Shown: positions 1 through 10,690 of the stretch, one piece after another
Position numbering within the stretch: position 1 is the stretch's first letter
Layout: each line of letters starts with the position of its first letter
From: Cyanidioschyzon merolae
Lineage: Eukaryota
NCBI GenBank assembly: GCA_000091205.1
Contig: AP006492.2
Length of the DNA stretch: 64,000 nucleotides
Direction: 5' to 3' (one strand)
Made by a program: the position numbers and the translations under genes
The notes under the pieces: model-generated
The model's input: only the letters and a program-made list of their open reading frames with translations
Told to the model about the DNA's origin: nothing
Databases searched by the model: none

Positions 1-745
1 TAGAAAACACACCTTCAATGGGGTTGAACCACCCTGTGTTCTAAGGAATGAAAACCAGCTCTATCCAGACAGAATCGCCAAAAGATCGAAAACGAAGGAT
101 AACGGTGAAACGCCACGTTGTCTCATAAAAGCTTGCCGCCGGACGTCAGAGAAAAGTCTTCTATGACTCGACAAAGTGGTTGGTGCTATTCTATGACCCT
201 TGTCCTCGAGTTCGATCGTACACACAACGAGCTCACTGCTCCACGAATACCGATATACGCTCATACCATCTCGTCCGAAGCATGTCTCATTTACTGAAAA
301 GACACACAGTCGTCCCCTTGCTAACATCGATCGTCACTTTCCGGGAACATTGGTGTAGTTGCGATTCCAGTCGAAGATGGCGGTACGCAAACAAGGACTT
401 TTCTGGCAATTGTGTCCCAGTGTTTTCGGGGCCACTCGAACAAGCTGCTGAGAAACAGCGACGAGCGTGGCGGTTACTATCGTCGCTTTTTGCTGTCCGT
501 AAGGCGATCAACGAATCGTTGTCTACCATTGACAGCAAGCGTTTCTCCGAAAATGGGTTTTGGCGTGGTGCGCATATACGCCCTGCCTTCATTGTTCTGA
601 ACCATCAGAGCACTGTGATATAGCTGACCTCAAAGATGAATGCAGTCCTCCTTGCACTGTTCAGTAAAGAATATATCCCATAGGCCATTCGTCTACGATC
701 TATACGGTACATTGCATCGAAGTTTCGTTCTCTCGCTATACATTG
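1..745 (+). repeat. Dispersed repeat family R2, copy 1 (may extend beyond the window start)
   Basis: More than 600 bp of roughly 60-75% nucleotide similarity to 17330-18150. Example: 'tgtcccagtgttttcggggccactcgaacaagctgctgagaaacag' versus 'tatcccagtgttttgagtaccacgtgaacaagctgttgagaaacag'. Both copies share 'cagtcctccttgcac' and 'ctatacggtacattgcat' / 'ctgtacggtacattgcat'. Local GC is lower than in the neighbouring genes. Confidence 0.5.
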
Positions 746-1832
746 CGAAAAAAGCATTCGAATACTATGAGCGGGAATCGAGCAGCGACTCGTTCAGTGA
801 CTATCCACCCAGCTGCGCGAGCCGCTCTGCCACGAGTTGCGTTTGACGTACAAAGATCGAAAACTTGAAGAATACATGTTTTGGGCATGCAACATAGAAG
901 CAATTAAGAAGAGCGTATGCTTGCGCGTATACACTACATCATGGCATGCGTTCTGTGTCGAACTCTTGTTCGATAACGTTGCGACGCGACCCCTTTCCGA
1001 ATACGGAACCGATTCAACCGAAAAATTCGTCACAGGAGCCGCCCTCAAAAAACAACCAAAAAACCTTAAACTACAGTGGAATCTATAAGCCCCTGTTGCC
1101 GTACTTGTCTTGTCGTGACTCTGTATCTTTCAAGTAAAAGAAAATCTTTATGCAGGCACGAAGCGAGCAGTGTACTCCACGGTGACCGCTACACACAAGC
1201 GCAGCGGCAGCGTCTGCGCCACATCGCCCGTGAACGCACGTGCGACGATCACATCCCCGGATGCGTATCGAGCGAACAACCCAGGAACAGCGCGATCGCG
1301 CGAGCGCACCGCACACACACACGCTGGAGGGCGGGATGCGCACCCCTGCCCGGCACCACGAAGACGCAATCGCGGCTTGCGCGAGGCAGGCGGCGTCGCG
1401 CCATTGACTCGATACGCTGGGCTAGATCCCCGCGCGCGCGCGCGCGCTGTCACGGGGATCGTGATCACGCGCAGTCGATGCGTGCGATCGCATCGCACCG
1501 CACGTGCCGGCTGCCTGCTTCTATGCGCGTACGCGCTCGGAGCTGCAGATCAGCCGACACATGCGATCACATCGTGTGCGTGATGCTGACGCGAACGCGA
1601 GGCAGACTCCAGCGTCGGTACACGTCGGTGCAAAGAACAGTGCCCGCAAATGTTACCGCACGGAATTTCCGTGCTGGCGCTCGCGGGAGCACGGCATCGT
1701 ATTCGTCCCGTAAGAAAACAAATTAGTTGACTTGACTTTGGGTTGTAACCGGTTACTGCACTCTGAGCAGGAAACCCTCTGAAAGTCTGGTTCCCAAGTC
1801 ACAAGTACCTGCAACCGTAAGCAACACCAGTC

Positions 1833-2678
1833 ATGAAGCGTAGCCTAGCAGTGATTATTGTCGCAATTCTGCTGTTTGGGTACTCAGCGGTCGTACGGGC
1901 CGCGGTTGTCCGTCGCGCAGCCCCGGCACCTGCTGCATACATGCGAGGAACGGCCTCGGAACTGAAGTTCCGCAGCCAGGCACGTATACGTCTGCCGCCG
2001 CCGCCTCCGCCTCCGCCGAAGCCAACGCCGACGCCACCGCCCGCCGTTGGTGGTGCCGGTGGCGCAGGCGGGGCTGGTGGCGCTGTAGGTAATGGTAACT
2101 ATGGAGGAGCGGGTGGATATGGTGCTTTTGGCGGTGTCGGAGGTAATGGTGGTTTTGGCGGTGGCGGCGGGAACGCTGCCAATGGCGGAAATGCTGGCGA
2201 TGGAGGCACTGGCTTCTTCGGTGGTTCCGGAGGTGCAGGTGGGGACGGTGGATTTGGCAGCTTTGTTGGTAACGGCGGCTTTGGAGGAGACGGTGGAAAT
2301 GCTTCATATTCGGGCTTTGGCGGAACTGGTGGCAATGGAGGTGACGGAGGTGATGCGAGCAATGGAGGATATGGTGGTAATGGTGGGTATGGAGATGGCT
2401 ACGCATTTGGTGGCACCGGCGGTGATGGCGGTGTAGGTGGACCCTCTGGCAATGGTGCTGACGGTGGTGTTGGAGGCGAGGGTGATTTTGGCGGGTTCGG
2501 AGGCACTGGTGGCCCTGGCGGGTTCGGTGGCGCAGTTGCGAACGGTGGCTTTGGAGGCAATGGTGGATACGCATTTGAGGGGGGGAACGGAGGTAATGGT
2601 GGCGTGGGCGGCGGGGGAGGCCTTGCAGCAAACGGCGGCAGAGGAGGCAGCGGTGGCAATGCTAGCTCATTTTATTGA
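1833..2678 (+). CDS. Secreted glycine-rich protein. An N-terminal signal peptide is followed by a Pro-rich linker (PPPPPPPPKPTPTPPP) and then GGxGG / GGNGG repeats.
   Basis: The ORF starts MKRSLAVIIVAILLFGYSAVVRA, a hydrophobic signal-like segment, followed by a poly-Pro stretch and a long Gly-rich repetitive region. The antisense Pro-rich ORFs (1855..2631, 2099..2362, 2399..2659) are artefacts of the GGN repeat. Confidence 0.5.
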   Translation: MKRSLAVIIVAILLFGYSAVVRAAVVRRAAPAPAAYMRGTASELKFRSQARIRLPPPPPPPPKPTPTPPPAVGGAGGAGGAGGAVGNGNYGGAGGYGAFGGVGGNGGFGGGGGNAANGGNAGDGGTGFFGGSGGAGGDGGFGSFVGNGGFGGDGGNASYSGFGGTGGNGGDGGDASNGGYGGNGGYGDGYAFGGTGGDGGVGGPSGNGADGGVGGEGDFGGFGGTGGPGGFGGAVANGGFGGNGGYAFEGGNGGNGGVGGGGGLAANGGRGGSGGNASSFY

Positions 2679-4901
2679 TCGAGCAAGACTTCTACGTACG
2701 CAGACCAACGTTAATGCCGGGATGGATTGAATCTTTTGCCGAACAGGGCCATCATTGGAAAGCCGCATTCGAGAGGATGGCCTCAACAATATCGGGCACC
2801 TAAAGGGCGCACGTCAGATTACAAAAGTCTTGGAAATTTTGGGAGTGCTCCACTTCCGTCCATCAGTCCGGATCTGCGTCTGCTTCCAGATGCAAAAGAT
2901 ACCACGAACGCACGGACGTTGTTGTCAGCACCCAGTATCCAACACAAATTCGGAAGGTCGGCTCCATCGTCGATTTCGATGTCTTTTTTGCAGCGCTGCT
3001 GGAGAAACTCCTTTGAATTCGCTTGCCAGTACGGCAGCGGATTCGCGATCTGGTGGCATTGAGGAATCAACAAGGGCGCTGGGCACTATCCGCCCGAGAG
3101 CGCGTTTTCCTTGCAAGACGCCTTGCCTCGCCGAACGCACTGTAGCAAGGTGCGCGCGTTAGGCCTCAACGGAAGGAGCATTATGTATCGAGCGCGCCCA
3201 AAATTTGAGAGTCCGCGCCCTTGGGGCACGTCACCTACTCCGGTCTTGTGGAAAGGTCCGCGCATGCGTGGCATTCGCGTTCTACCCTCTTACACTGAGC
3301 ACTATGCGTCGAGGCATTTCAGCGGCATGGATCCGTCACAGTCTAGATGTAAACCCGAAAAGTGCTTCTGTTATCGGTGTACGATCAGGAGGAACTCGAC
3401 TAAAATGTCAGGTATGAGGAGCTGATAGATGCTACCCCGGTTTGCGTTCCTGTCCTTTGAGTGTGGTGGGACGAATGTCGACTGGCAAGGCAGTGATCGG
3501 CGGCGAATCCGTATTTCGGCACAAGGTGCTGCCACAGAAAAGAGGACCCAAAATTTCGCGTTCGTAGAGGGGCATCGTGAACGCAGAGACAGGTGTCATG
3601 GACGCCCACGACAAGTTTACCGCAGTCACATGTGCAGGCGGGCACCCAACCGAAGTTGTTTGCGCAGGTGCAAAAGATGGCGTTTTTCCACCGGGCTCGC
3701 AAAATCGTCAAGCGCTCGTGTCGCGACAGCGAATCAGCGTTCTGCATGATACGTCCAGTATGTAACGAACGCCCTATCTGTCACGTCGTATTTTTGGTCA
3801 CTTGATTGTCCAGCATACTTCTAGAAGCGCGTTGCTGACTTTCCGAGGATATCGCACAGCATAGCTCCTCTCCTGTCCGGCGTATGAGAAGCAGACGGGG
3901 GCTCTTGTACAAGAGTCGGCGCTCCTACTGTTCGCCATGGAGGCCCCGAGTCGAACTTCTGTTCAATATATAGTCTAGATAGAGAGGCTGGCAATACCCA
4001 GCGCCCAGAGCTCTGATTCTTCGTGCCTCATGAGATCGATGGGCGTAGGCAATACCGATTAACGAGCAAAAAGCTGTGGCAGCGAGCGAACGTGATTCCT
4101 TGTAAAGTCTAGTCAATACAATCGTGTCGCGCCGACTAGCAACGACCACATATCGCAATGTCAGTGCTGGTGCAGCGTCGCATCGACAGTCGGACGCACT
4201 GGCATAACGCGCTGAACGTCAGACATGCAAAGGTAGGGCAGGAGACCAGGAAACAGCGCGGTGTCCATTTGATTCAGTTTCGTCCCAACAATCACGAAGC
4301 AACGAATGAGTACCGAAAAGGTTTCGTGCATACAAAGCGAAGAATGCATCCACGCGCAACATTCGCCAGAGCAGATAGAGTGCATTCCCGTATTGAGGCA
4401 ACCATATATAAGACGGATCTTCCTTCAGTGCATACATTTGGAGCCCAAGTCGTGAGCCCTTGTTACGATGCCCTGCGTTTGCACGCGCATCATCGAGGCA
4501 AGTGTGCCGCCAAACGAATACTTCGCAAAGCGACAACGCTGCGTGACGCCTCGCCCGTGCGCACTGCACCTCAGCGGGCGACGCTCCCCGTAATGCACCA
4601 GCGATCATATTGGGAACGTGAGTTTCCTTAATCCTGCTGCGGCACAGTGCGAGGTCGCAGCGACAAGAAACCTCGGCAGCATGCTCCCGAAATCACCAGC
4701 AGGTTCGCAGGTCCTATCTGTTTCACCCGCTAAACGAACATCTCGAGTCCTCTGCCAGAATGAGGACATCCATGCACAATTCTAGTGAGCGTATCCGCGA
4801 GAGGCCGCCAAATAGCCATAGCACGTGCTTAGCGGCGGCGGAGTCCCGGAGGTAACGCACTCGCTATCGCTGTGCGCGCAGCCTCAATCAGGTCTGTCAC
4901 A

Positions 4902-5510
4902 CTATGATCCGCAGTTTGGATCGCAGGATGAATGGTTAGCGTGATCCGCAGTTTGGATCGCAGGATGAATGGTTAGCGTGATCCGCTGTCTAGGCCTCCG
5001 CAGCGGTGCCAGCGCCCAGGGCGGCATCACTTCCGCCGTGCCTGTAATCGTCAGTGAAACTATCGGTACCCCAGCTTGCTTTGCGACCCGAAACGGGCGC
5101 TGTTTGAAAGCACGGAGCATCCCGTCTTTCGAGCGCGTGCCCTCCGGAAAAAGCAACAGCGACACCCCGCGTTCCAGTCGCGAAACCATTTCTCGAAAGA
5201 CCCGCAGTTGATCCCGTCGACTATCCCGCTCAATCCCGATTTGACGAGCCATGCCCACCGCCCAGCCGATACTAGGGATCGCAAAAATGCTTCTTTTGGA
5301 GACAAACTTGAAAAACCGGCCTAGAAACGACACCGTGTAGATGTCCAGGTACGAATTGTGATTGCACACATAAAGCACAGTGGCATCAGGCGGAAGCAGA
5401 TTCTCCGTACCAACGGCACGCTGATGAATACCAGTGCTCAGCATGGACAGTCGCATGCAGAGCATCGCGATCCAGTCGTAAGCGCGCGCTCGGTATGGAT
5501 CACGGATCAT
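4902..5510 (-). CDS. 1-acyl-sn-glycerol-3-phosphate acyltransferase (PlsC/LPAAT family), apparently lacking the N-terminal membrane anchor
   Basis: The acyltransferase motif I is present as VCNHNSYLD (NHxxxxD) and motif III as FPEGTRS. The segment GTENLLPPDATVLYV upstream of the motif is typical of PlsC. The ORF starts exactly at the truncated end of Fanzor-like copy A. Its last roughly 25 codons are encoded by a 37-bp tandem duplication. Confidence 0.7.
   Translation of the reverse strand: MIRDPYRARAYDWIAMLCMRLSMLSTGIHQRAVGTENLLPPDATVLYVCNHNSYLDIYTVSFLGRFFKFVSKRSIFAIPSIGWAVGMARQIGIERDSRRDQLRVFREMVSRLERGVSLLLFPEGTRSKDGMLRAFKQRPFRVAKQAGVPIVSLTITGTAEVMPPWALAPLRRPRQRITLTIHPAIQTADHANHSSCDPNCGS
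4907..4990. repeat. Tandem duplication of a 37-bp unit 'atccgcagtttggatcgcaggatgaatggttagcgtg' (2 copies plus a partial third)
   Basis: The direct repeat is visible in the sequence. Its period is not a multiple of 3, and it forms the 3' end of the LPAAT ORF. Confidence 0.8.
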
Positions 5511-7469
5511 TCCATACGTTTCTTGCCGTTGGGAGTTGTACTCACTAATGCAAGGAGTCCATGAACTTTCGCCCTCCTTTCCATTTGCTCCTCCGTCAGC
5601 GGTCCGTACTGTGCTATATCCTCAGGACTCCGTTGGCATTTTTCCATCTCCACTCTCTGAAGTGTGCAACCAAGTTCATGGTGTGTATACGACGCTCGGA
5701 ACTCATCTACAGGTATTGTAACGAAACGCCGTGCGCACTCCCTGCATGTTCTTGTCGTTGGAGCTGGCGTAGTTCCTTTTTGGGTCTTCCAGCGCCCTGC
5801 CCCAAAAGCTACTACGAGCCTTAGACTCTCGTCCTCCTCCAAGGCGCTCAAGTGATTGGAAAAGATCGCGAATGCACGCTGCTTCCCACAGTACAAATTC
5901 ATTCGCAAACGAGCTCACCGAGGCTCGGTATACTCCTCCCACAGCGCATCCCAATGAGCAACGCGAACTTCCATGAATTCCCGAAAAGCTTCAAAGTCCG
6001 CGCCCTGGCTCGTCACCTCGCTCATAGCTTCCAGGTGATCCCTCATTCCTGCATTCCACGTCTCGATATTTTTCCTCGCATTCGTTATACGGGATTCTCG
6101 ATAGTATCTCGCTCTCGAGAACCTCAAAAGAAGCATATATTTCTGACGTATGTTGCCGTCGGTGCAATCTTCCGCACGCTTGGGTACAGCGATGGATATG
6201 ATATTCTTGTTCCAGGGGTTAAGGCCGACGACAAAGTCGTTCTCGTGGGGATTATACATCCAGTGGCCCGCCTTCTTGTTTCCGTGCTTCGGCAAGTGCG
6301 ATAACGTACACGGGATAGGACGAACTGCCTGCAACCGCTGATAGTCTACACATATGTATACCCCATCGTTGTCGATTGTCCCCGTGAATACCTTTTTTTC
6401 GCCGGTCTGGGACGCTTGAAATCGAAGATATTCTGCCAGTAGGAGTCCCGGTCTTCGCCGATGATTTCTTTGTTGCTCACACCGAGCGCTGGACTGATCT
6501 CCTTCATGAAGACGGAGAGGACTCTAGAGTCAATAGTAACAAAATGTGACTTGGACTCGCGTAAGCGAACGACAATGAAGCGCATCTGGAGAAGCGATTG
6601 AATGTCATCTCTCCAACGCTTCATTTTTTCCGTACTCAGCTCCATTTCGGCCTTGCGTTCGAGTTCTCGGTCCAAAAACATGAAGTAGGAGAGAATAAGG
6701 GGATAACATCTCTCTTCGTTTTTTCTCATATCTGACAATTTTTCTCTTGGGTTGACAAGCCCCAAGACCGAACGATGCTTTTGATGAGTCGCGCGAATTA
6801 CAGAAGCCCTATTTTTTCTAGAGCGTGATTTCCCCTTGTCGATGAATTCGATCTGCTGTTCATGCTGGCGATCGTCCTTCACACCGTCGATGACTGCCCA
6901 CATCCCTTCACGAAACAGGCCCGGGTACAGCGCAAAGACGGCGCGTGTCATGAAAAATTTGGGTATACGATCTTATTGTTCCTCACATTCGTGAGGAACC
7001 TCATTGCCCTGTATTCGTAGGTATCTGCGTCACCCCTGTATCGCGCACCGTAGAAGCGGGAGCTTGCGTAATTTTTCGGAGAGCATGGACTGTCTCATTT
7101 CTCCTCGATGTTTCGCAGGTGCCAAACATCAACTGGCTGACAAAGGTCATGTTGAAAACTTCTCCCGGAAACATCACTGTTTCGATGTGCATTGCGTTGC
7201 GGTATATCTCCCTCCGCAAATGCATCAGTCCCGAAAAAAGCGTTACAAACATAGCTTGAGCACGAATCGCCATCGTTTCTGAAGGCCTGTCGCAACGTTT
7301 CCTTGTATGGATCCTTAATATGCCCAAGAAGACAGAATTTCATCACCATTTCATCGATCAGTCGTCTTTCTTGCAACCTTTGACGAAGGGCCTCCCGTTT
7401 TTGCTTCTTCGCGTTAGCCTGTTCCTCTGCACTCGGCACTGTCCTTTGTTCTCTTCCGGCGGCCGGCAA
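5507..7469 (-). pseudogene. Decayed TnpB/Fanzor-like nuclease gene (copy A)
   Basis: Homology to copy B is spread over at least three reading frames. The frameshift positions differ from those in copy B, which argues for decay rather than introns. The C-terminal region carrying the RuvC-III motif and zinc-finger region is missing. Confidence 0.5.
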
Positions 7470-7644
7470 TACCGGTCATCCAGAACCCCATACCTCCAGT
7501 TGCATAAGTTTCGGTTTTTATATAAAACACTAGGGACGCTTCTGCTTTAAACGACGACAAATCAGTTAAATACTTTACCTTGAAGGTTGAAACACGATTG
7601 AAGTAAAACCTACACTTTGCTATCATTTGATCGCAAATACAACT
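5507..7644 (-). mobile_element. Fanzor/TnpB-like (OMEGA-family RuvC nuclease) element, copy A; 3'-truncated and frameshifted
   Basis: The fragmented ORFs 7095..7469, 7001..7327, 6346..6951, 5915..6334 and 5507..5908 are collinear and 55-75% identical in amino acids to the copy-B ORFs at 38399..40674. A RuvC-I-like motif FVVGLNPWNKNIISIAVP matches copy B's [18 protein letters not shown]. The upstream end shares 'ggttgaaacacg..gcaaatacaact' with copy B, with the boundary at about 7644. Homology stops abruptly at 5507, after KKRME, where copy B continues into the RuvC-III motif. The element is roughly 48% GC against roughly 60-65% in flanking genes. Confidence 0.55.
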
Positions 7645-7859
7645 GGCCCCGACACAGCTGTAGGCCAAAAAGTGGCCATTATCGCGTTTCTCTTCGCCGG
7701 CGAGACAGGTTGCGTGTTGTGACGGCCAGATATCGTGGTGCGCGTACGGGCCATATAATACAAAAAAAGAACGGAGTGTGGCCAATTACTTGCAACGAGG
7801 TAACGGTTCCTTTTCACATCTATTGCAGACCTTGAAAAGAGGAACCTTTTGCTCATGGT

Positions 7860-8340
7860 CTAACGATTACCTTCGAGGTGGAAGGTCCCACACACCGGAA
7901 GACGCTACCTGCTTTTGCTCCGCGTGACTCTGAGTGGTGGAGAATGTGACGCACCTGAGCGTCTCGTCCGAATCGCGTTTGGTTCTGGGACTAGGAGCGG
8001 ATGTGCTGCCTATGGGCGTCACCTTGGTCGCGGTGGACTCCTAGGATACCGCTTCGCGGTACCGCAGGCTGAAGGTCTGCATGTACAGCTTGGAGGCTCC
8101 CAGAAATGTAAATAGCCCTGATTCCGTTTCGCGTGAACCAAGCCTCTTCCGACGCCCTCAGTGGTATTGCGAAGCCGTTCTGTCACCGTGGTGCATTAGC
8201 ACCAGCGGTGTAGGTGCTATTCCGGGTGCTCAAGGAAGGTTAGGTGCACCGTTGAACGTGCGAAACAAGCAGTTCATTCGAGAGAAAGTAGGGGTGATGG
8301 AACGTGGAGAAAGAGTGCAGCATGAGGACGCATTCCCGAA
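7860..8340 (+). repeat. Interspersed repeat R1 (SINE-like), copy a
   Basis: The head 'ctaacgattaccttcgaggtggaaggtccc' and core 'ccgacgccctcagtggtattgcgaagccgttctgtc' match the other R1 copies. R1d, for example, reads 'ccgacgccctctgtggtatagaaaagccgtcctacgtc'. It lies about 215 bp beyond the upstream end of Fanzor-like copy A. Confidence 0.6.
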
Positions 8341-9217
8341 AGCCAATATCGATCAGGCAATCTGGGATATATGGTCAGTGGAGACGTTCTGTCGAACCAA
8401 AGAAAGCATAGCGCCGGAGGGAATTCCCTAATGGCTCTGGTGTTCGACGCATCGCCTTGGCAGATGCATATGCGCTGAAATCATCCCGCAGGAGGAAATT
8501 CCCTTATACTTCCGCTGGGCCGGTGCCCGCGGGCGGCAAACGTAGCACTTGCGCGTTTCCACTGCATGATTGACACGCAGTTACCGCCGTGGAGAGGCAC
8601 ACGTTAAGCTCGTTTGGAGCAACTGACCAGCTGCAGTCATATATACGTATCTCATCAACGGAGCGTCTTCAGAGACGTGAGCAAAGACGCGCAGGTCGTT
8701 TTGCGCTAAGCTTTAGAGGCTCGTGCGCGGTCTAAGATAGACGTCGACGCGCCGGTGTTGAGGAGAACGAAAACAGCGCCCTTGTGTGTGTAGTTGTCTG
8801 TCGAAAGACGAACAACTTCACTCCAGTAGAGCGTAAACGGGCGCCCCGGAGTCACGGATTTTGAAACTTGAGAAAACACTGGTGCGAAAGCACTCGTCTT
8901 TTCCACGGACTACACGCGTCACGGCGAGAGCGGGGCTCGTTGCTCATCAGTCGCGGCCGGGACGATTCTGAACCACGGAGACGTGAGTGCTACAGCCCAG
9001 TACACTGGATCAAGCGTTGAATGCACGTGCTCCTGGGGATATTGATAACGGCGCTTCTGATCGCCGCTGCGTTCTGGGTCGCATTGTCGATGGTGCGTCT
9101 GGAACGGCGCCTTGCGGAGCACGAGCAGCAGGCAACACAACGTTTATTGGAACCGCGTAAACCTGGTGAGCGCAGCGTGCGCGCGGAAACGAGCACTGCG
9201 CTCTCGTAGCAATACAT

Positions 9218-10582
9218 ATGGAGCGCTTGGGTGACGCCTGGGCGGGTTTCGGGAACGGCAACTGCAACTGCGGTTACAGTGACTGTTGCGGCACTGGTGA
9301 AATCTGCAAGCATGGTACGGAGGTACCGATGCAGGTATGCGGCGACGTTGCGGAAATAGACCGTACGACACCGCAAGCAGGTTGCACGGCATCACCGGGC
9401 TCGGCATCGGCACCGACTCGCCAGACGAGGCGACTCACGAATCGATTTGGTGCAGCTGTTCTCGCAGCTGCTCGCGGGTGGACAGAGCGGCCACTCTCGA
9501 CAACAGCCGCTGATAATGAAGCGGAGCCGGAACTCGCCGAGAACCTTCCATCGCACTTACCGTTGCGGAGACGGCTGATCAGCCGTACCGGCGTGAGCGA
9601 CTTGCCAGTGTCCACCTCAGAGCACGAGTTTTGGGACCTCTTCTACCGACAAAAGCGTGACCGATTTTTCAAACATCGTTACAATCTGCGAGCAGCGTTC
9701 CCAGAACTTGTACCGCCAAGCGTTCGGGCGGCACCGCATCGGCACGTGCCCGTGCATGAGCCACTACGCCCCCTGGTACCCGATGCGCGACACGTGCTGG
9801 AGGCGTCGCCAGACGAGCCGTCTCACTGGATGCTTGATGATTTCGAGCCTGCGCTAACGCACGGTAAAGTTGTTGTCGCCGAGTGCGGGTGTGGGGTCGG
9901 GAACGCGTTGATCCCGCTGTTGCGTGCGAATCCGGATCTCTTCTTCTTCGCCTTTGACTACTCTTTGGTGGCGCTACGCCTGCTGCTGTTGCAGCCTGAG
10001 TTCGACCAGGCACGCATCTACGCGTACTGCGCTGATCTAGGCGCGCCCGCTGCTCATACAACCGCCTTCGAAGCACCGCATGCGGCTGCTGAGACGCGCT
10101 CCGCAGCAGAAGCACCAGTCCGGAGTGCGCCTGCTGCCCAGCGCTGGACGACGGGCGTCTATCGTGCCCCGCCGCTGACTTGTGATTTCGTGACCTGCGT
10201 CTGGACGCTGAGCGCGCTACCCGTTGCATCGTTACCGCTGGCGGCATCGCGACTAGCTGCCATGCTGAGGCCGGGCGGAGCGCTGCTGCTGCGCGACTAC
10301 GCGGTTGGCGACCTCGCAGAGCTACGGCACCCGGCATGTGCGCGCGTTGGTACCGATCCGCAGCGTCACGAGTACCTCCGTGGCGACGGCACTCGCGTCC
10401 ACTACTTCCAAGTGGCAGAGCTAGAGAATTTATTCCAGCAAGCAGGTTTACAAACTGAATATGCACATATCGTCGAGCGTGAAATCGTGAACCGCCAGAA
10501 ACGACTCGTGATGCATCGCAGATGGATTGCGGGCAAATGGCGGAAACCGGATCTCGCACCAGCGCCAGCACGCATCCGGTGA
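9218..10582 (+). CDS. METTL2/6/8-family SAM-dependent methyltransferase (tRNA m3C-methyltransferase-like)
   Basis: EFWDLFYRQKRDRFFKHRYNLRAAFPEL matches the family N-terminal box. VVAECGCGVGNALIPLL is the SAM-binding motif I. LLLRDYAVGDLAELR and RGDGTRVHYFQVAELENLFQQAGL match the conserved C-terminal blocks. The N-terminal ~170 residues are low-complexity. Confidence 0.75.
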   Translation: MERLGDAWAGFGNGNCNCGYSDCCGTGEICKHGTEVPMQVCGDVAEIDRTTPQAGCTASPGSASAPTRQTRRLTNRFGAAVLAAARGWTERPLSTTAADNEAEPELAENLPSHLPLRRRLISRTGVSDLPVSTSEHEFWDLFYRQKRDRFFKHRYNLRAAFPELVPPSVRAAPHRHVPVHEPLRPLVPDARHVLEASPDEPSHWMLDDFEPALTHGKVVVAECGCGVGNALIPLLRANPDLFFFAFDYSLVALRLLLLQPEFDQARIYAYCADLGAPAAHTTAFEAPHAAAETRSAAEAPVRSAPAAQRWTTGVYRAPPLTCDFVTCVWTLSALPVASLPLAASRLAAMLRPGGALLLRDYAVGDLAELRHPACARVGTDPQRHEYLRGDGTRVHYFQVAELENLFQQAGLQTEYAHIVEREIVNRQKRLVMHRRWIAGKWRKPDLAPAPARIR

Positions 10583-10639
10583 CGTGTCCGCGCGCATGCG
10601 TGCGATCGAAGGTGCGGCCTCCAGCTACCATTCGCTGCC

Positions 10640-10690
10640 AATAACTATCTGTAAATGTATATACTGGTATATACATGTATATAAATATAC
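10640..10690. terminator. AT-rich tract between convergent METTL-like and TBC genes; likely a shared 3'-end / polyadenylation region
   Basis: An isolated AT-rich segment 'ctgtaaatgtatatactggtatatacatgtatataaatatacg' lies in otherwise GC-rich DNA, about 60 nt after the METTL stop codon. The functional role is inferred only. Confidence 0.25.

Noticed and set aside
1076-1726. 216-aa Arg-rich ORF and overlapping ORFs in a (CG)n-containing block
   Set aside because: The sequence is extremely GC- and CpG-rich, for example 'cgcgcgcgcgcgcgcgc' near 1430. It has no domain and no partner-strand coherence, so it more likely reflects low-complexity intergenic DNA.
1855-2659. Pro-rich and His-rich minus-strand ORFs (1855..2631, 2099..2362, 2399..2659)
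   Set aside because: They are the reverse-complement reading of the GGN-repeat glycine-rich gene. Poly-Pro is the trivial antisense of poly-Gly.
7915-8115. Short ORFs inside R1 copies (7915..8115, 35467..35907, 41056..41436, 51153..51461) sharing the peptide SGTRSG.AA.GR..GLL.YRFA.PQA
   Set aside because: The shared peptide simply reflects about 75% DNA identity without indels across that stretch. The ORFs end at different places in each copy and have no domain. They were treated as non-coding repeat sequence.
10646-10650. TGTAA pentamer as a green-algal-type polyadenylation signal downstream of METTL (and, on the minus strand, near 10947, downstream of TBC)
   Set aside because: Only 2 of about 10 gene 3' flanks inspected contain it. 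That is a frequency compatible with chance for a 5-mer, so it is not used as evidence of lineage or function.
9669-10676. 335-aa minus-strand ORF
   Set aside because: It is antisense to the METTL2/6/8-like gene, whose conserved motifs are unambiguous on the plus strand. Its composition is Arg-rich, as expected for a GC-rich antisense frame.
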